Assembly (NCBI GenBank): GCA_021847575.1
Contig: JAJZQO010000002.1
Span: forward strand, 22,829 to 86,828
DNA length: 64,000 bases
Reading direction: 5' to 3'
DNA from: Bacillota bacterium
GTDB taxonomy: Bacteria; Bacillota; Sulfobacillia; JAJZYS01; JAJYTV01
Shown: piece by piece, positions 21,751 to 30,470 of the stretch
How positions within the stretch are numbered: the first letter of the stretch is position 1
Layout: the number at the start of each line of letters is the position of its first letter
Notes under the pieces: generated by a model
What the model was told of the DNA's origin: nothing
What the model saw: only the letters and a program-made list of their open reading frames with translations
Databases searched by the model: none
Program-made: the position numbers and the translations under genes

Positions 21751-22707
21751 CTATGAGCCTTCGAGCGAAATGCGCATCCCGTCACGCGCCGCAACCACCC
21801 CGGCGCCACTCGCCTCGGCCACGAAAGCGGCGATCGCGTCGGCGTCCGGTGCCGCGCTCGCGTCGAAATGGCTGATCACGGCCTGCGCGACACCACTGCG
21901 CCGCAGCAGTTCGGCCGCTCCGACGGCGGTCAGGTGGCGATGGGCGTGCTGCCAGAAGAAACTGACATTCAGGATGGCGAGGTCCGCGCCCCGGATTGCG
22001 GCGACCAGCTCTTCGCGCACGTCGACGATTTCGCTCGGCAGGCTGAGCGGCACGCCCTGGCGGACGTGCCGCAGGACGCCGTCGCCGTCGCGGTAGCTGA
22101 GCACGAACGACGCATCGGAACTGTAGGCGATCGTCCGTCCCCCGCCCCGCAGCATGAACCCGTAGTTCTCGGGCCCGTGCTCCACCTTGAACGGCGTGGC
22201 CTGCACCTTGCCGACAGAGACCGGGTGACCCTCGCGCCACGTCACGACCTCAGGCCCGCCGCCGTACCATGGACTCGGGTCCTCGCCCCGGTGGAAGCGG
22301 CCCACAAGCCCGTCGCGCAGCGCTTCGGCCGGCATGGCGAGAATGCCCTTGCGCGTCGCCATGCCACGGCACATGCCCTCTACGAGGGCTCCCGCGCCAA
22401 GGTAGTGGTCGGTGTGGCCGTGCGAGATCAGAACGCCGTCAAGGCGTCTTGTGTCAAGATGCGCCCGCGCGGCGTGGAAGGCGGCACCCGGACCGGGATC
22501 GATGGCGATCGCCGAACCGGCCAGGTTGAGCCAGATCCCGCCGGTGCGCCTGCGCTGCCCGATGACCCCGGACGGGTTGCCGCCGGTGCCGAGGAAGTGC
22601 AGGAAGTCTCCCCGCTCGGGGGAGACTTCCTCGCTGCGCAACCAACGCGCGACGCGGCGCACGCGAGACTCGGTCCGCTCGAAGAGCCGTTCTGCGTCGC
22701 GCCTCAC
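21751..22707 (-). CDS. MBL-fold metallo-hydrolase
   Basis: HGHTDH motif. The proposed GTG start overlaps the secF stop (GTGA). ORF 21751..22779 is over-extended into secF. Confidence 0.6.
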   Translation of the reverse strand: MRRDAERLFERTESRVRRVARWLRSEEVSPERGDFLHFLGTGGNPSGVIGQRRRTGGIWLNLAGSAIAIDPGPGAAFHAARAHLDTRRLDGVLISHGHTDHYLGAGALVEGMCRGMATRKGILAMPAEALRDGLVGRFHRGEDPSPWYGGGPEVVTWREGHPVSVGKVQATPFKVEHGPENYGFMLRGGGRTIAYSSDASFVLSYRDGDGVLRHVRQGVPLSLPSEIVDVREELVAAIRGADLAILNVSFFWQHAHRHLTAVGAAELLRRSGVAQAVISHFDASAAPDADAIAAFVAEASGAGVVAARDGMRISLEGS

Positions 22708-23633
22708 CGCTCGGCCTTGGCGCTCCTGCGCGTGGCCGGTGCGGACGCCCGCTCGTTTGCGTCGACCCAGATGTACCAAAGCGGACTCGCGAACAGGATC
22801 GAGGAGTAGGCACCGAAGACAACGCCGATCAAGATGGCCGCGGAAAGATCCCTCGTCGTCGAGCCGCCGAAGAGCAGCAGCGCGAGCATCGCCAGGATTA
22901 CGACGACGGCGGTGATGATCGACCGCGCCAAGGTTTGGTTCAGCGAACGGTTCGTCAGGTCCTTGAGCGGCTCACCGCGCTTGCGCAGGCGCATGTTCTC
23001 ACGAATCCGGTCGAAGATGATGATTCGGTCGTTCAGCGAGTAGCCGATGATGATCAGCACGGCCGGCACGATGTTCTGACTTATCTGGAAGTGGATCAGG
23101 GCAACGAGGCCCAGGGTGACGATGGCGTCGTAGAAGATCGCCGCGATGCCGGTCAAGGCAAAGCGCAGGTCGAAGCGGATCATCATGTAGAGGACGATCG
23201 CAAGCGATGCGATCAGGACGGCGAGAATACCCGCCTTGACGAGTTCGTTCGAGAATGTGCCCGTGACCTTGTTGAGGCCACTGATCGAGTACTGGCCCAC
23301 CTGGGAGGTGAGGTCGCTCTGCAGGGCGTAGCGGGCATGCTCACCCAAGGAAGGGATCTCGATCAGGACGTCGCGCGAGGTCTGTCCGGTCTCCGTCCCG
23401 ACCAGCTGGATGACGGAGTTGCCGATGTGGTCGCGCTCGAGCACGGTGCGGATCTGGGCCGCGCTCACAGGCTTCTGGAACTGCAGGTTGTAGGTGATGC
23501 CACCCGTGAAGTCGATGCCGAGGTTCAGCCCGCGCAGGAAGAACCCGCCCAGGGCGATGATCAGCACGACCAGGGAGACGATGAACCACGTGCGGCGATG
23601 TCCGATGAAATCGAAGTGCGGCATTGGTCTCAC
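22704..23633 (-). CDS. secF: Protein translocase subunit SecF
   Basis: 309 aa with typical SecF TM topology and motifs (GIDFTGG, LNDRIIIFDRIREN). Confidence 0.9.
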   Translation of the reverse strand: MRPMPHFDFIGHRRTWFIVSLVVLIIALGGFFLRGLNLGIDFTGGITYNLQFQKPVSAAQIRTVLERDHIGNSVIQLVGTETGQTSRDVLIEIPSLGEHARYALQSDLTSQVGQYSISGLNKVTGTFSNELVKAGILAVLIASLAIVLYMMIRFDLRFALTGIAAIFYDAIVTLGLVALIHFQISQNIVPAVLIIIGYSLNDRIIIFDRIRENMRLRKRGEPLKDLTNRSLNQTLARSIITAVVVILAMLALLLFGGSTTRDLSAAILIGVVFGAYSSILFASPLWYIWVDANERASAPATRRSAKAER

Positions 23634-23643
23634 GTCCCCCCTA

Positions 23644-24846
23644 TTAGCCCAGGAACAGTTTCTGGTTGCGCACGAGCACGGTGTCCTCGGAGAGACGCAA
23701 CAGGTAGCGCGTAACGCCGACGGCAGTGACGAAGCTCGCCAGGACGCCGATGATCAGCGTCACGGCAAAGCCGCGCACCTCGCCGGTGCCGAAGTAGTAC
23801 AGCACGGCGGCGGCGATCACGGTCGACACGTTCGAGTCCATGATGGCGCGCAGGGCATTCTTGAAGCCGTGGTCGATCGCGGCGCCCATGGTGCGCCCGG
23901 CGCGCAGTTCATCCCTGATGCGCGCGAAGATGATGACGTTCGCGTCGACGGCGATGGCCGCCGACAGGATCACGCCCGCGATGCCCGGCAGCGTCAGCAC
24001 TGCGCCGAAGACGATGAGCGCTCCCACGACGAGGATGAGATAGATCCCGAGAGCGATGTCCGCGATGAAGCCCGCGTAGCGGTAGATGCCGAGCATCACC
24101 AGGATGATCAGCGCCATGGCGATCAGGATCGCGATCGCGCTTGCGTGGATCGAGTCCTGACCCAGAAGCGGCGACACGGTCTGCGCCTCGATGATCCGCA
24201 TCGGAATCGGCAGGGCGCCGGAGTTCAGGAGGTCTGCCGTCTGCTGGGCCTGCTTCAGGCTCGAGAAACCACCTGAGATCATGCCCTGGCCACCGCTGAT
24301 CACGGAGTCCACCCTCGGGTTCTCGAGCTCGTTCTTGTCGAGCCAGATCGAGATGGTTTGGCCGAGGTACTTCTTCGTGGCCGCTGCGAACAGCCTGGCG
24401 CCTTCCGAATTGAACTGCAGGTTGACGATCGGGCCGTAGGTCTGGTCGAGGGCCGCCGAGGCGGAAGTGAGGTCCTTGCCTGTCAGGATGATCGATCCGT
24501 TCGGCGCCTTGAAGATCAGCTGCGCCGTCTGTCCAATCATCTTGATGGCCGCCTGCTGGTTGTGTACCCCCGCAAGGTCGACGACGATCTGGTTCGAGCC
24601 CTGCAGCTGGATCGACGGCTCGGAGATGCCGAGCTTGTTGGCGCGGTAGGCGATGATCGTCTCCGCTTTCTGCATGTCTGCGTGCGTCGCCGGGCGTGTC
24701 GCCTGCAGAACGACGTGCACGCCACCCTTCAGGTCGAGACCTTCCTTCACGTAATTCGTGACCGGACTGACCGCGGTGAAGTAGACGTACACTGCGGCCA
24801 CCACGACCACGATCAGAATGAGGCCGAGAATTCCGCGGCCGCGCAC
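23644..24846 (-). CDS. secD: Protein translocase subunit SecD
   Basis: 400 aa. SecD periplasmic domain plus C-terminal TM bundle. Upstream of secF. Confidence 0.9.
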   Translation of the reverse strand: MRGRGILGLILIVVVVAAVYVYFTAVSPVTNYVKEGLDLKGGVHVVLQATRPATHADMQKAETIIAYRANKLGISEPSIQLQGSNQIVVDLAGVHNQQAAIKMIGQTAQLIFKAPNGSIILTGKDLTSASAALDQTYGPIVNLQFNSEGARLFAAATKKYLGQTISIWLDKNELENPRVDSVISGGQGMISGGFSSLKQAQQTADLLNSGALPIPMRIIEAQTVSPLLGQDSIHASAIAILIAMALIILVMLGIYRYAGFIADIALGIYLILVVGALIVFGAVLTLPGIAGVILSAAIAVDANVIIFARIRDELRAGRTMGAAIDHGFKNALRAIMDSNVSTVIAAAVLYYFGTGEVRGFAVTLIIGVLASFVTAVGVTRYLLRLSEDTVLVRNQKLFLG

Positions 24847-24885
24847 GGCTTGTCCTCCTCATGAGCAAATGAAAGTCCACACGGC

Positions 24886-24913
24886 ATTATACGGGAAGCG
24901 CGTCACACGGTCC
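24886..24913 (-). promoter_or_regulatory. Putative sigma-A promoter for secDF (-35 TGGACC, 17-nt spacer, -10 TATAAT)
   Basis: On the minus strand, TATAAT lies 33 nt upstream of the secD ATG. The palindrome CCACCAGACCTTGGTGG overlaps the -35. Confidence 0.45.
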
Positions 24914-24972
24914 ACCAGACCTTGGTGGCAGCCGCGGGGGCACCTGGTTTTCCCGCTCTCCACTTCCAGCGG

Positions 24973-25593
24973 CTACAGCAGCCTGTGTTCGTTCGCCGTG
25001 AGGCTGAAACGGCAGTGCAGTACCTCGGCCGCCCGCCTGCACATCACCATGCGGCTCAAGAAAATCTCGAAGTAGTTCATCGGCGAGATGGAATCGTCGA
25101 TCTGCAGTGCGAGCGTGATCACCGCCGCGTCGCGGTCGATCACGAGCTGGCTGCGCCGGACGGCGGCGTTGACGCGGTCGTGCTCGTCGTACTGCGCCGG
25201 ATCCTCAGTCTGAACGCGGCTGATGTGCACGTCGGACTTGTCCGCGAGGATCAGGGCAGCCGAGACCGGCGAGACGGCCTCGCCGTACTCCTCCTCGTGG
25301 TTGCCGATCGCGCCGAGCACGATGGCGATCTCCTCGGGCGGCATCTCGAGCTCCCGCAGGATGGGATAGGACAGCATCGCGGACGACTGGCCGTGGTGGT
25401 TGCGCCCAGCGATGTTCCCGATGTCGTGCAGGTAACCGGCAATAGCGGCCAACTCCGCATCACGCTGCGGGTAGCCGAGTTCGATCAGCACGCGGCGCGC
25501 GATTTTGGCCACGAGTCCGACATGGCGCGTGCCGTGTTCCGTGTAGCCCATGGCCCGCAGCGCGCCGTTCGCGGCAAGGACGAACTGGTGCAC
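24973..25593 (-). CDS. HD-domain phosphohydrolase
   Basis: 206 aa. H...HD metal-binding motif (GYLHDIGN) typical of HD/HDIG hydrolases. Confidence 0.6.
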   Translation of the reverse strand: MHQFVLAANGALRAMGYTEHGTRHVGLVAKIARRVLIELGYPQRDAELAAIAGYLHDIGNIAGRNHHGQSSAMLSYPILRELEMPPEEIAIVLGAIGNHEEEYGEAVSPVSAALILADKSDVHISRVQTEDPAQYDEHDRVNAAVRRSQLVIDRDAAVITLALQIDDSISPMNYFEIFLSRMVMCRRAAEVLHCRFSLTANEHRLL

Positions 25594-25615
25594 GTCCTGG
25601 CGCCCGGCAACGTTC

Positions 25616-25984
25616 TCAAGCGTTACGGCGATCGGGTTCTACCCCCTTCTTGCGCAGGGCCGCCTCCACGCGGTCCGCCACTGCCACTGGATCCAGTCCA
25701 TCGGTATGGAGGTGGATGACGGCCCGCGCCATGGCGGCCCCCAGGCGCTCCCGCTCCACCCGGATCCTCTCCTGCCCGTACCCCACCATGCGCCGCATGC
25801 GGACTGTGTCGAGCTCGGCGTCGAGCACCACAACGTAATGGTAACCGAGTTCGAGCGCAAGGTCGCGCACGCTCGAATGTTCTTGCGGCAAGCAGTGTGC
25901 GTCGTAGCCGCGCAGGCGCAGGATGCGCGCAAGGGTCGACTTGCCCGCGGCGGAAACGCCGACGACGGCCACCGGTGCCGGCAT
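25616..25984 (-). CDS. Small P-loop NTPase/kinase-like protein
   Basis: 122 aa. Walker A VVGVSAAGKSTLA at the N-terminus. Confidence 0.5.
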   Translation of the reverse strand: MPAPVAVVGVSAAGKSTLARILRLRGYDAHCLPQEHSSVRDLALELGYHYVVVLDAELDTVRMRRMVGYGQERIRVERERLGAAMARAVIHLHTDGLDPVAVADRVEAALRKKGVEPDRRNA

Positions 25985-25985
25985 G

Positions 25986-26693
25986 CTATGCCGGCAGGTG
26001 CAGGCTGAACGCCCGCGCCGTCGCGTCCGTGCCGCTGCAGATGCCGAACACCCCCACCGTCATGTCATCGCGGGCACGACCTTTCGCTTCGCCGTGCGAG
26101 AGGTCCAAGATCGCCTGCGCGAGTTGTTCGGCGCCTTGTTCGGCCGCCGAGCGGACCAGCCCGACGATGCCGTCCAGCACGCGGCTGCCGCCGGACCAGC
26201 GATCCGGTGCCAGGACACCATCCGAGAGCGCTACGATGATCGTCCCCTCGCCAAGGGGGAACTCATGCACGAACGGCTTCGTGGACGGATCCACGCCGAT
26301 CGGCCCGTAGGGACACATGAGCCGCTCGACAACGCCCTGCCGTCGCACCAGAACCATGTCCGGCCCGTTCTGCGACACAAGCAGCGCCCTCGCCTCGAGG
26401 TCCGCCGACACGATCGTCAGCGTCGCGGAGACCTTGCCGCCGCGCTGCGCGTAAAGGAGGTCGTGGACGGCGCGGGCCGTCGCCCCGTCGCGCGCGCCCT
26501 CGGAGATGAGGTTGGCGCAGCGGTTGGCGACGAGCAGGGCGGTCCGCCTCGCGGCCTCGCCGTTTCCCTGCCCATCGGCCATGATCAGCGACACGCCGCC
26601 GCGCGCCCGCTCAACCACCTGTGCCTGATCGCCGCTAAAGTCAAGGCCGTGCCGCGGCAGTTTGCGCACGGCGACGCAAATCTCAAGCGCCAC
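25986..26693 (-). CDS. PP2C/SpoIIE-type serine/threonine phosphatase (stand-alone catalytic domain)
   Basis: 235 aa. DFSGD...MADGQGNG...SDG acidic metal-binding pattern of the SpoIIE/PP2C fold. Overlaps the selB stop by 11 nt. Confidence 0.65.
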   Translation of the reverse strand: MALEICVAVRKLPRHGLDFSGDQAQVVERARGGVSLIMADGQGNGEAARRTALLVANRCANLISEGARDGATARAVHDLLYAQRGGKVSATLTIVSADLEARALLVSQNGPDMVLVRRQGVVERLMCPYGPIGVDPSTKPFVHEFPLGEGTIIVALSDGVLAPDRWSGGSRVLDGIVGLVRSAAEQGAEQLAQAILDLSHGEAKGRARDDMTVGVFGICSGTDATARAFSLHLPA

Positions 26694-28596
26694 CGCCGCT
26701 CCCCTCCCCTGGCGCGATCAGCCGTCGCACATCGCCGAAGCGCCTTGTCAGGCGTATCTGATCGAAATGTTCGAGCAGCGGCACCGCGTATTTGCGCGTC
26801 GTGCCCATCGCCTCGCGCAACTCGGCCGTCGTCGCCTCCCGGCCGCCTGCCAGCAGCCGCCGCACTTTTTCCGCCGCGTCGGTGAGCGCGGCCTTTGCGA
26901 AGTAGAGGTCTTTGGCCCTGGCGAGTCTGCCGCTGTCGACGAGGTATGCGAGAAGATCCTGCAGGCGCTCCGGCGACATGCCCGAGGCCCCGGGCCAGTC
27001 GGCGGGGACCGCGGGCTGCAGCCCGCCCGCGGCGACGAATGCCTCAAGGTCTCGCAGTTGTCGCTCGAGTTCGGGCGGGAACTGCTGGCTTGCCCCCAGC
27101 GGGCGCACGCGCTCGCCGGACAGCGCGACCCTGCCTTCCGCCGCGAGCTCCGCCAGGAGCTGCGATGCCTCGCGGACGGCCAGTTCCGGCACCACCTCGC
27201 GCCGCCACTGCTGGCGCTCGATGCCCCGCCAGAGGGGATCCAGATCCGCCTGGGCCAGCATCTGCTCGAGTTCCACCTGCACCCGGCGTTCAAACTCCTC
27301 CCGGTCGAGATAGAGCTCGCCCAGTCTGCGCAACCGTCCCTCCTCCGCGAGGCTTTCCGCCACCTGCCGGGCCTCGCTGGAAGCCAAACCCAACTCCTGC
27401 GCAAGCGTGCGCGTATCTGCCGCGAAACGCCGGCGCACCGCACCCAGCACCATGTCGGCGGGAGATGCCTCGCGCCTGCGCTCGAGTTCCGCGATATCCT
27501 CCGGGTGGCCGCGTCGCTGACGGCCCGCGAGATCGAGGACCAAGCCGCCACCGATCGTACGGGGCGGCGAGAAGCTGCGTACGACCACCCTGTCCCGCAC
27601 CACCGCAGGGAACGGCGTCTCGCCGCGGAAGCGCACGAAATCCCCTGTGCCGGGTGGGATCTCCTGACGCCTCAAGGGCACGACCCGGCCGATCACCTCC
27701 GTCGTGCCGATGTGCAAGCGCACGCGCACACGCGTGGGCAGCGGCGGGGCTTCGGCCAACAGGGTCAGATGCAGCGTGACCTGCGATGTCTCCTGCACGC
27801 TGCCCGGCGTGGCCAGCACCTGTCCGCGCGCAACCTGATCGCGATCGACCTGAGAGAGGTTGACCGCCGTGCGCTCGCCCGCGCGGCAGCGCTCGCGCGC
27901 CTCGCCGTGGGACTGCAGTCCGCGCACGCGCGCGCTCAGGTGCCCGGGCACCAGCTCCAGGCGATCGTCGACCGCGATCTCGCCAGACGCCAGTGTGCCG
28001 GTGACGACAGTGCCGAAACCGGGCATAGAGAACACGCGATCGATCGGCAGGCGCGCGGGTCCGAGCGCGCTGCGCGGACGCAGCCGAGCGACGGCCGCCT
28101 CCAGAAGTCCCTGCAGTTCCGCAATGCCTCCGCCTGTCACGGAGGATACGCCGACGACAGGCGCACCCTCGAGAAACGTGCCGTGGAGCTCCTGGCGCAG
28201 ATCGGCCTCGATCAACCGCCGCCACTCGTCGTCGACCAAGTCGATCTTGGTCAGGCAGACGATGCCTTCGGACACGCCGAGCAGCGACAGGATCTCGAGG
28301 TGCTCGCGCGTCTGCGGCATCACGCCCTCGTCAGCCGCCACCACGAGCAGAACGATGTCCATGCCTTGGGCGCCCGCGACCATGTGATGGATGAAGCGCT
28401 CGTGCCCAGGCACGTCCACGATCGCCGCCCTCTGGCCCGATGGCAGGGTGAAGGGCGCGAAGCCGAGCTCGATCGAGATGCCACGTGCCCGCTCTTCCGG
28501 CAGGCGATCGGTTTCGTGCCCCGTCAGCGCGCGGATAAGTGCCGTCTTGCCATGATCGACATGACCCGCCGTACCAATGATCAAGCGTAGATCCAT
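26683..28596 (-). CDS. selB: Selenocysteine-specific translation elongation factor SelB
   Basis: EF-Tu-like GTPase ([19 protein letters not shown]) followed by a long C-terminal tandem winged-helix region (...[20 protein letters not shown]). GGAGG RBS before the internal ATG at 28596. Confidence 0.8.
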   Translation of the reverse strand: MDLRLIIGTAGHVDHGKTALIRALTGHETDRLPEERARGISIELGFAPFTLPSGQRAAIVDVPGHERFIHHMVAGAQGMDIVLLVVAADEGVMPQTREHLEILSLLGVSEGIVCLTKIDLVDDEWRRLIEADLRQELHGTFLEGAPVVGVSSVTGGGIAELQGLLEAAVARLRPRSALGPARLPIDRVFSMPGFGTVVTGTLASGEIAVDDRLELVPGHLSARVRGLQSHGEARERCRAGERTAVNLSQVDRDQVARGQVLATPGSVQETSQVTLHLTLLAEAPPLPTRVRVRLHIGTTEVIGRVVPLRRQEIPPGTGDFVRFRGETPFPAVVRDRVVVRSFSPPRTIGGGLVLDLAGRQRRGHPEDIAELERRREASPADMVLGAVRRRFAADTRTLAQELGLASSEARQVAESLAEEGRLRRLGELYLDREEFERRVQVELEQMLAQADLDPLWRGIERQQWRREVVPELAVREASQLLAELAAEGRVALSGERVRPLGASQQFPPELERQLRDLEAFVAAGGLQPAVPADWPGASGMSPERLQDLLAYLVDSGRLARAKDLYFAKAALTDAAEKVRRLLAGGREATTAELREAMGTTRKYAVPLLEHFDQIRLTRRFGDVRRLIAPGEGSGGGA

Positions 28597-28667
28597 GTGT
28601 GCCTCCGCTCTGCCCGGGCAGGCCCGCGCGGGCCGCTCAGAAAGCCCTTTTGCGTGTCCGACGGCGT

Positions 28668-28696
28668 TTGACAGCCGACACATCGGACTCTATACT
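28668..28696 (+). promoter_or_regulatory. Consensus sigma-70/sigma-A promoter for tRNA-Pro (TTGACA-N17-TATACT)
   Basis: -35 TTGACA at 28668..28673 and -10 TATACT at 28691..28696. The tRNA 5' end is at 28709. Confidence 0.7.
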
Positions 28697-28708
28697 TTCG
28701 GTGTGCTT

Positions 28709-28786
28709 CGGGGAGTGGCGCAGTTTGGCTAGCGCGCTGCGTTCGGGACGCAGAGGTCGCAGGTTCAAATCCTGTCTCCCCGACCA
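28709..28786 (+). tRNA. tRNA-Pro (anticodon CGG), CCA-encoded
   Basis: Manual cloverleaf: acceptor CGGGGAG/CTCCCCG, D-stem GCGC/GCGC, anticodon stem CTGCG/CGCAG with loop TTCGGGA (U33, anticodon CGG, G37), 5-nt variable loop, T-arm GCAGG-TTCAAAT-CCTGT, discriminator A, then CCA. Confidence 0.8.
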
Positions 28787-28794
28787 TTATTCCA

Positions 28795-28826
28795 GGGACC
28801 GTCCGCCATGCGGTCGGTCCCTTTTG
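28795..28826. terminator. Hairpin GGGACCG...CGGTCCC followed by TTTT, an intrinsic terminator after the tRNA (possibly bidirectional with the nudix gene)
   Basis: 7-bp GC-rich stem with a T-run at 28822..28825. Located between the tRNA 3' end and the convergent nudix gene. Confidence 0.55.
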
Positions 28827-28855
28827 TCGAAGGTGGGAGGCCAATTGGTGGTAGG

Positions 28856-29275
28856 TCACTTCCCATGCAGCTCCAGTGCCTTGCGCAACAGCGTACGGTA
28901 CCCGGGGTAGCCCCGCCGCTGGACCTGCTCCTGCGCGTCCTCGATCCTGAACCAGCGCGCCTCGGCGATCTCGCTCTGCAACGCCTGCAGCTCACCCTCC
29001 TCGTACGTCATCAGGAAGTACGTGACCTGCTTGTCGTTGCCGCCCGGGAGGACGTAGCCCACTTGGCCCAGCCGCACGCCGGGACGCGCTTGCACGCCGG
29101 TCTCTTCCAGAACCTCCCGTACCGCCGCCTCCCTGGCTGTTTCGCCAGCCTCGATGTGCCCCTTTGGAAACGTCCAGCGACCGTAGCGGTCTCGTATCAT
29201 CAGGACCTCTTCGCCACGCATTACGATGCCGCCCGCCGACTGCTCGGTCATTCCGACACCCCAACTTCCTGTCAC
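28856..29275 (-). CDS. NUDIX hydrolase
   Basis: Nudix box GHIEAGETAREAAVREVLEETG. 139 aa; the alternative start 29251 is also possible. Confidence 0.8.
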   Translation of the reverse strand: MTGSWGVGMTEQSAGGIVMRGEEVLMIRDRYGRWTFPKGHIEAGETAREAAVREVLEETGVQARPGVRLGQVGYVLPGGNDKQVTYFLMTYEEGELQALQSEIAEARWFRIEDAQEQVQRRGYPGYRTLLRKALELHGK

Positions 29276-29293
29276 TGCGGAAGGAGCGTTGCA

Positions 29294-29721
29294 TGTTCAT
29301 TATAGTCGTAGGTTGCGGCCGGCTGGGGTCGTCGCTCGCCCGTAGCATGGCGGGCGCGGGCCACCAGGTGACGGTCGTCGACTGGAACCCGCAGAGGTTC
29401 GAGCGCATTGCGGATCTGTCCGAAGTGGCCCAGGTGCTCGGCACCGGCATCGACATCGACGTGCTGCGTGGCGCTGGCGCTGAAGCATGCGACGCCCTCG
29501 TCGCCGTCACGGACCACGACAACTCCAACATCATGATTGCCCAGACCGCTGAGCAGATGTTCCATGTGCGGCACGTCGTAGCGCGGGTCAACGATCCACG
29601 CACTGGGCCCTTGCTCGAGACCTTCGGCATTCAGTCCGTCTGCCCGACACAGCTTGCCGCGGACGCTCTCTTCGCGACCCTGCAGGCCGACTGGCACGGC
29701 GAGACCCCAAAGTCCCACTGA
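29294..29721 (+). CDS. TrkA-N (RCK NAD-binding) domain protein, short form
   Basis: MFIIVVGCGRLGSSLA... Rossmann GxGxxG. 142 aa. RBS GGAAGGAG before the ATG. Confidence 0.7.
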
Positions 29722-29743
29722 CCGCGACCCGCAAGGAGGCGAG

Positions 29744-30442
29744 ATGCCGGCGCGCAAAGGCGCGGCCGGCGCGAGGATGTACGTGATCGTGGTCGGTGGC
29801 GGCAAGGTCGGGTATTACCTGACGAAGACGCTGCTCGGGGAAGGACACGAGGTCGCCATCGTCGAGCGCGACGAGAAGGTCTGCCGCAAGCTGGAGCTGG
29901 ATCTGGGCGAGATTCTGGTGCACGCCGACGGCTCCACGCCGGCCGGACTCGAGTTGGCCGGCGCGGCTCGGGCCCAGGTGCTTACCGCGGTCACCGGTCA
30001 GGACGAAACCAACCTGGTCGCCTGTCAGGTCGCGCGGACGTTCTTCAACGTCAGCCGCACGATCGGCCGCATCAACAACCCGAAGAACGAAGCCCTCTTC
30101 CGCGTGCTCAACGCCGGCACAGCCGTAAGTTCCACGCAAGTCATCACGGATCTCATCCAGCGCGAGGTCGACACTCGCCGCATCCAGAAGCTGCTGCCGC
30201 TCGCGACCGGCAAGGTCAACCTCTTCGAGGTCGACATGGCCGACACGTCGCCGGTGGTCGGCAGAAACGTGGCCGAACTGAGCCTGCCACCAGGCAGCCT
30301 CCTGGTGGCGGTCCTGCGCGGCGACGACGTGATCGTCCCTGACGGCCGCACGCAGCTGCGCAAGGGAGACAGGCTGATCGCCGTGGCGCAGAGCGACCGC
30401 GAGGAGGAGCTCGCACGTCTGCTGTTCGGCGCAGAGGCCTGA
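29744..30442 (+). CDS. TrkA/KtrA-like K+ transport regulatory protein (TrkA-N plus TrkA-C)
   Basis: MYVIVVGGGKVGYYL... plus a C-terminal RCK_C domain. AGGAGG RBS 4 nt before the ATG at 29744. Confidence 0.7.
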   Translation: MPARKGAAGARMYVIVVGGGKVGYYLTKTLLGEGHEVAIVERDEKVCRKLELDLGEILVHADGSTPAGLELAGAARAQVLTAVTGQDETNLVACQVARTFFNVSRTIGRINNPKNEALFRVLNAGTAVSSTQVITDLIQREVDTRRIQKLLPLATGKVNLFEVDMADTSPVVGRNVAELSLPPGSLLVAVLRGDDVIVPDGRTQLRKGDRLIAVAQSDREEELARLLFGAEA

Positions 30443-30470
30443 TCGGGGTCGGGCATAGTACACCGCGGAG

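Noticed and set aside
28709-28786. The possibility that the tRNA next to selB is tRNA-Sec (selC).
   Set aside because: It is 75 nt plus CCA, with a 7-bp acceptor, a 5-nt variable loop and anticodon CGG, a standard tRNA-Pro. It lacks the long variable arm, 8-9-bp acceptor and UCA anticodon of tRNA-Sec.
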